Shown: piece after piece, positions 9,719-13,201 of the stretch
Layout: each line of letters opens with the position of its first letter
How positions within the stretch are numbered: the stretch's first letter is position 1
NCBI RefSeq assembly: GCF_006345805.1
Contig: NW_021826331.1
Location: 1 to 13,201, forward strand
Length of the DNA stretch: 13,201 bases
Reading direction: 5' to 3'
DNA from: Octopus sinensis
Lineage: Eukaryota
Position numbers and translations under genes: made by a program
The notes under the pieces: generated by a model
Databases searched by the model: none
What the model saw: the letters and a program-made list of their open reading frames with translations, nothing else
Told to the model about the DNA's origin: nothing

Positions 9719-9774
9719 TATATTACATATAATATATATATGTCATATATATATATATATATATCAATAATATA
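9719..9774. repeat. (TA)n-rich microsatellite
   Basis: Interrupted TA tract; further tracts at ~9913-9939, ~10143-10257 and ~12915-12955. Confidence 0.9.
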
Positions 9775-9910
9775 GGGTGAAATTAATTAATTTAGAAATA
9801 ATCATTAATTTCACCAAGTAGAGTTCGGCATGTAAAAGACCCATTCAAGGAAGGTTTAGTAATACAATTAATAAGGGTTCAGCAATCATTGCTGAACCCT
9901 TAATTAATTA
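9775..9910. mobile_element. Short fold-back insertion in (TA)n, probably a Penelope-like terminal fragment
   Basis: 12-bp inverted repeat 9776-9787/9804-9815 and 15-bp perfect inverted repeat 9872-9886/9888-9902; flanked by TA tracts on both sides. Confidence 0.45.
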
Positions 9911-9939
9911 GATATATATTATATATATATATAGATATA

Positions 9940-10141
9940 TGAAGTTAATCCAAACATGAAAACACAACCAACGCGAGGAGGACGTGGACCAGTATAGTAT
10001 TAGGGACGCTCAGGAAAGAAGGAGGGTTTAACGTTTCGAGCAGAGCTCTTCGTCAGAAACATAGAAAAGGAAAGATCCAAAGAAGGAAGAGAGAGGAAGA
10101 AAAATAAAAATCGCCAACAGTACACACGTGGTCACATTTTC
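9940..10141 (-). mobile_element. Penelope-like element terminal-repeat (pLTR) fragment carrying a hammerhead motif
   Basis: ~200-bp non-coding insert bounded by (TA)n on both sides, pyrimidine-rich on the minus strand, containing a minimal hammerhead core. Confidence 0.65.
10026..10060 (-). ncRNA. Minimal type I hammerhead ribozyme
   Basis: Minus strand GUUU-CUGACGA-A-GAGC-ucu-GCUC-GAAA-CG-UU-AAAC: intact CUGAnGA and GAAA boxes, 4-bp stem II, 4-bp stem I, palindromic stem III (AACGUU). Confidence 0.8.
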
Positions 10142-10417
10142 AATATATATATATATATATATTAAACATGCACTATATACATGTATTAGACATACAAAAT
10201 ATACATATATTATACATTAAATATATATTTATAATACATATATATACATATTACATAGATCATCATCATAGTTTAACGTCCGCTTTCCATGCTAGCATGG
10301 GTTGGACGGTTCAACTGGGGTCTGGCAAGCCCGAAGGCTGCACCAGGCCAGTCAGATCTGGCAGTGTTTCTACAGCTGGATGCCCTTCCTAACACCAACC
10401 ACTCCGAGAGTGTAGTG

Positions 10418-10634
10418 GGTGATTTTATGTGCCACCGACACAGGTGCCAGACGAGGCTGGCAGACGGCCACGCTCGGATGGTGTTTTCTTATGTGTCACC
10501 GACACAGGTGCCAGACGAGGCTGACGAACGGCCACGCTCGGATGGTGTTTGTTACGTGCCCTCAGCACAGAGGCCAGTCGATGCGGTACTGGCTACGGTC
10601 ACGTTCGGATGGTTTTCTTATGTGCCACCGGCAC
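10418..10634 (-). repeat. Tandem array of ~63-66-bp units in 3'UTR of LINE copy 2
   Basis: Units begin gtgccggtggcac, gtgctgagggcac, gtgtcggtgacac and gtgtcggtggcac on the minus strand. Confidence 0.9.
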
Positions 10635-10801
10635 TGGTACCACAAACTACAAATTCCATTGATGTTCATCTATTTTGATTTGGTTTGATTTGATTTGATT
10701 TGATTTTCACTTGCCTCAACAGGTCTTCACAAGTGTCACAAGAAGGAAGGTATGCACAGGTGGACTGACTATGTCCCAGGTAGGGGCCACAGGTTATGGC
10801 T

Positions 10802-12915
10802 TCACTAGTCTTGCCGGGTCTTGTCACGCACAGCATACTTCCATAGGTCTCAGTCTCTAGTCATTTCCATGGTGAGACCTAACGTCCGAAGGTCGTGCTT
10901 CACCACCTCGTCCCAGGTTTTCCTGGGTCTACCTCTTCCACGGGTTCCCTCAACTGCTAGAGATTGGCACTTTCTCACACACCTATCTTCATCCATTCTC
11001 ACCACATGACCATACCAGCGCAATCGTCTCTCTTGCACACCACAACTGATGCTTCTTAGGTACAACATTTCTCTCAAGGTACTAATGCTCTGTCGAGTAA
11101 GTACACTGACATTACACATCCATCGGAGCATACTCGCTTCATTCCTCACGAGCTTACGCATGTCCTCAGCAGTCACGGCCCATGTTTCACTGCCATGTAG
11201 CATAGCTGTTCGTACACATGCATCATACAGTCTGCCTTTTACTCTGAGCGAGAGGCCTTTAGTCACCAGCAGAGGTAAGAGCTCCCTAAACTTTGCCCAG
11301 GCTATTCTTATTCTAGCAGTTACACTTTCAGCGCACCCCCCCCACTACTGACTTGGTCACCTAGATAGCGGAAGCTATCAACTACTTCTAGTTTTTCCCC
11401 CTGGAAAGTGACGGAAGTTGTTTTCTGCAGATTTTCGGAGGTCAATGCTCCTGAGCATCTGCCACATACAAAACTATCTTCCCAGTTAGCCTACCTTTGA
11501 CATTGCTGCACCTCTTATGTGTCCATAGCTTACACTGGGTACATCTTATAGAGTTTCTACCTACACCTTTTCTACAGATCGAGCAGGCCATCTTCCTGAG
11601 GATATTTGTGGATTGTCTACCTTTCTACTTATTAGTACTTTGGTTTTAGCTAGGTTGACTCTAAGGCCCCTCGATTCTAAACCCTCCTTCCACACCTGGA
11701 ACTTCTCCTCCTTCTGATAGTGACTCACTCAGCATAGAGCGAGGTCGTCAGCATAGAGGAGCTCCCAGGGGCAACCTGTCTTGAATTCCTCCACAATTGC
11801 CTGGAGGACTATGATAAATAGGAGGGGGCTGAGTACTGAACCCTGGTGGACCCCAACCTCTACTTTGAATTCTTCTGTGTACATGTTGCCAACCCTAACC
11901 TTACTTACGGCATCTCTGTACATGGCTTGCACAGCCCTCACCAGCCATTCATCTATCCCTAGTTTCCTCATTGACCACCAGATGAGGGATCGGGGACCCT
12001 ATCAAAGGCTTTCTCCATGTCAACAAAAGCCAGGTACAGGGGCTATCTTTGGCTAGGTATTTCTCCTGCAGCTGCTTTACCAGGAATATAGCATCAGTGG
12101 TGCTTTTCCCTGGCACGAACCCAAACTGCATCTCATCTAAACTAACTCTCTCTCTAATTAGTTGGGCTATGACCCTCTCCGTAACCTTCATTACCTGATC
12201 CAACAGCTTGATACCTCTGTAATTATTTGTATCTAGGGCATCACCTTTACCTTTGTAGCAGTTGACTACACCAGCCATTGGGTATGACTCCTTCGTGTAT
12301 CACCTGGTTGACTATACGGGTGACTAGGTTATAGCCGACACTGCCAGATATTTTGAGCATCTCTGCAGTAATTCCTGATGGGCCTGGGGTTTTCCCTGTC
12401 TTCATGCTTCTAATTGCCTTAGCTACCACGGAACTATCAACTCGGATAGCTGGTCCCTCTGTTGGGTCAACATTCGGAAGACTCTCTTTATCCCATTCAT
12501 TTTCTTTATTCAGCAACCTTCATAGTGGCATCTCAAACCTCTCTCTTTGCAACCTCATTTAGCGCAAGTGAACCATCATCCATGCGAACACCTTCTCTCC
12601 TACCACATCACGATTCTCTCTCACACACTGTCTTGCAACACGAAATACCTCAAGTCTTCATCCTCACAGCTCAGAACATTGGCAAATTTTTTCTTATCCG
12701 CTTCCCCTCTGCTAAATAAACCTGTCTCCTACTTCCCTTCTGGCTGTCTGATACCATTCCCTGCTACCACCGTTCTTCCAGTCCTTCCAAGCCTGTCTCT
12801 ATTGTCTAAACCCTGTCAACCACAGTGTCCACCACCATGTTACTCTGGGTCGAGATGGTACTTTGCTCCATCCACAGATCTGGTCAGTGGCTGTCAGCAG
12901 ATTGTCCCGTAGGAA
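10802..12915 (-). pseudogene. Disrupted reverse transcriptase ORF with internal PHD-type finger
   Basis: NYRGIKLL, QFGF, QGSVLSP, YADD, a C4HC3 finger at 11455-11585, HGSETW and RGRPRKTW; many 1-3-nt deletions. Confidence 0.9.
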
Positions 12916-12964
12916 TATATACATAATACATATATATATATAATACATATATATGTTTATGTGT

Positions 12965-13201
12965 TTCCACTTTCATTCTTGAGCTGTGGCCATGCTGGGC
13001 ACCGCCTTTGGTGTTGCTACATGATTTTACCTACGAATGCTTTTAGCAACTGCCATTGGGTGCATGAGAGAGTTTTATGCAGCTGCCTCATCTGCACCTC
13101 CTGCTGTGAAGTTGGTTCATCCGGACACCTGACGGGAAGAGATCCAGTTCTACTTTAAAGACATCTGCATCCACCCCATGCAGGTCCCTCGTTCTTTGGG
13201 A
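12965..13201 (-). mobile_element. 3' end of a CR1/L2-group LINE running out of the window
   Basis: Minus strand, with frameshifts, reads PKN.RDLHGVDADVFKVELDLFPSGV.DEPTSQQEVQMR.AA*NSLMH, followed by the 3'UTR motif ggcggtgcccagcatggccacag. Confidence 0.7.

Larger units (their letters stand above)
10259..12915 (-). mobile_element. RTE-clade LINE, copy 2 (same family as copy 1), 5'-truncated
   Basis: Reverse complement is colinear with copy 1 positions ~869-3522 and has the same RT motifs (ORF pieces 12247-12516, 11949-12278, 11729-11971, 10850-11266), 3'UTR array and (GAT)n tail; candidate 17-bp TSD. Confidence 0.93.

Noticed and set aside
10521-10550. CTGACGA as a second hammerhead core (also CTGATGA at 2020)
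   Set aside because: No stem II followed by GAAA; the 2020 match is simply the YADD codons.
348-12915. Single giant composite transposon with LINE-derived TIRs
   Set aside because: The 5' ends differ, the copies are ~10% diverged, copy 2 has its own candidate TSD, and no outer TSD is seen.

Overview
Eukaryotic, AT-rich, transposon-saturated DNA with no recognisable host gene. The repeat families resemble those of octopus/cephalopod genomes (inference from recall, not a database result). Two 5'-truncated, disrupted copies of one RTE-clade LINE (+ ~348-3522; - ~10259-12915) face each other as a ~2.65-kb inverted repeat. Between and around them lie a Merlin/IS1595-like transposase relic, a second RTE lineage with C-terminal C2H2 fingers, an older RTE relic, a SINE-like tail, two CR1/L2-group 3' ends, pogo-type relics and Penelope-like fragments in (TA)n tracts. 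The most notable features are: (i) a complete C4HC3 PHD-type finger inserted inside the RT region of both RTE copies; (ii) a 3'UTR array of ~61-66-nt units, each a candidate H-type pseudoknot plus a conserved-stem/variable-loop hairpin; (iii) an intact minimal hammerhead ribozyme core at 10026-10060 (-). Most short ORFs in the track are antisense shadows of these elements or chance ORFs.
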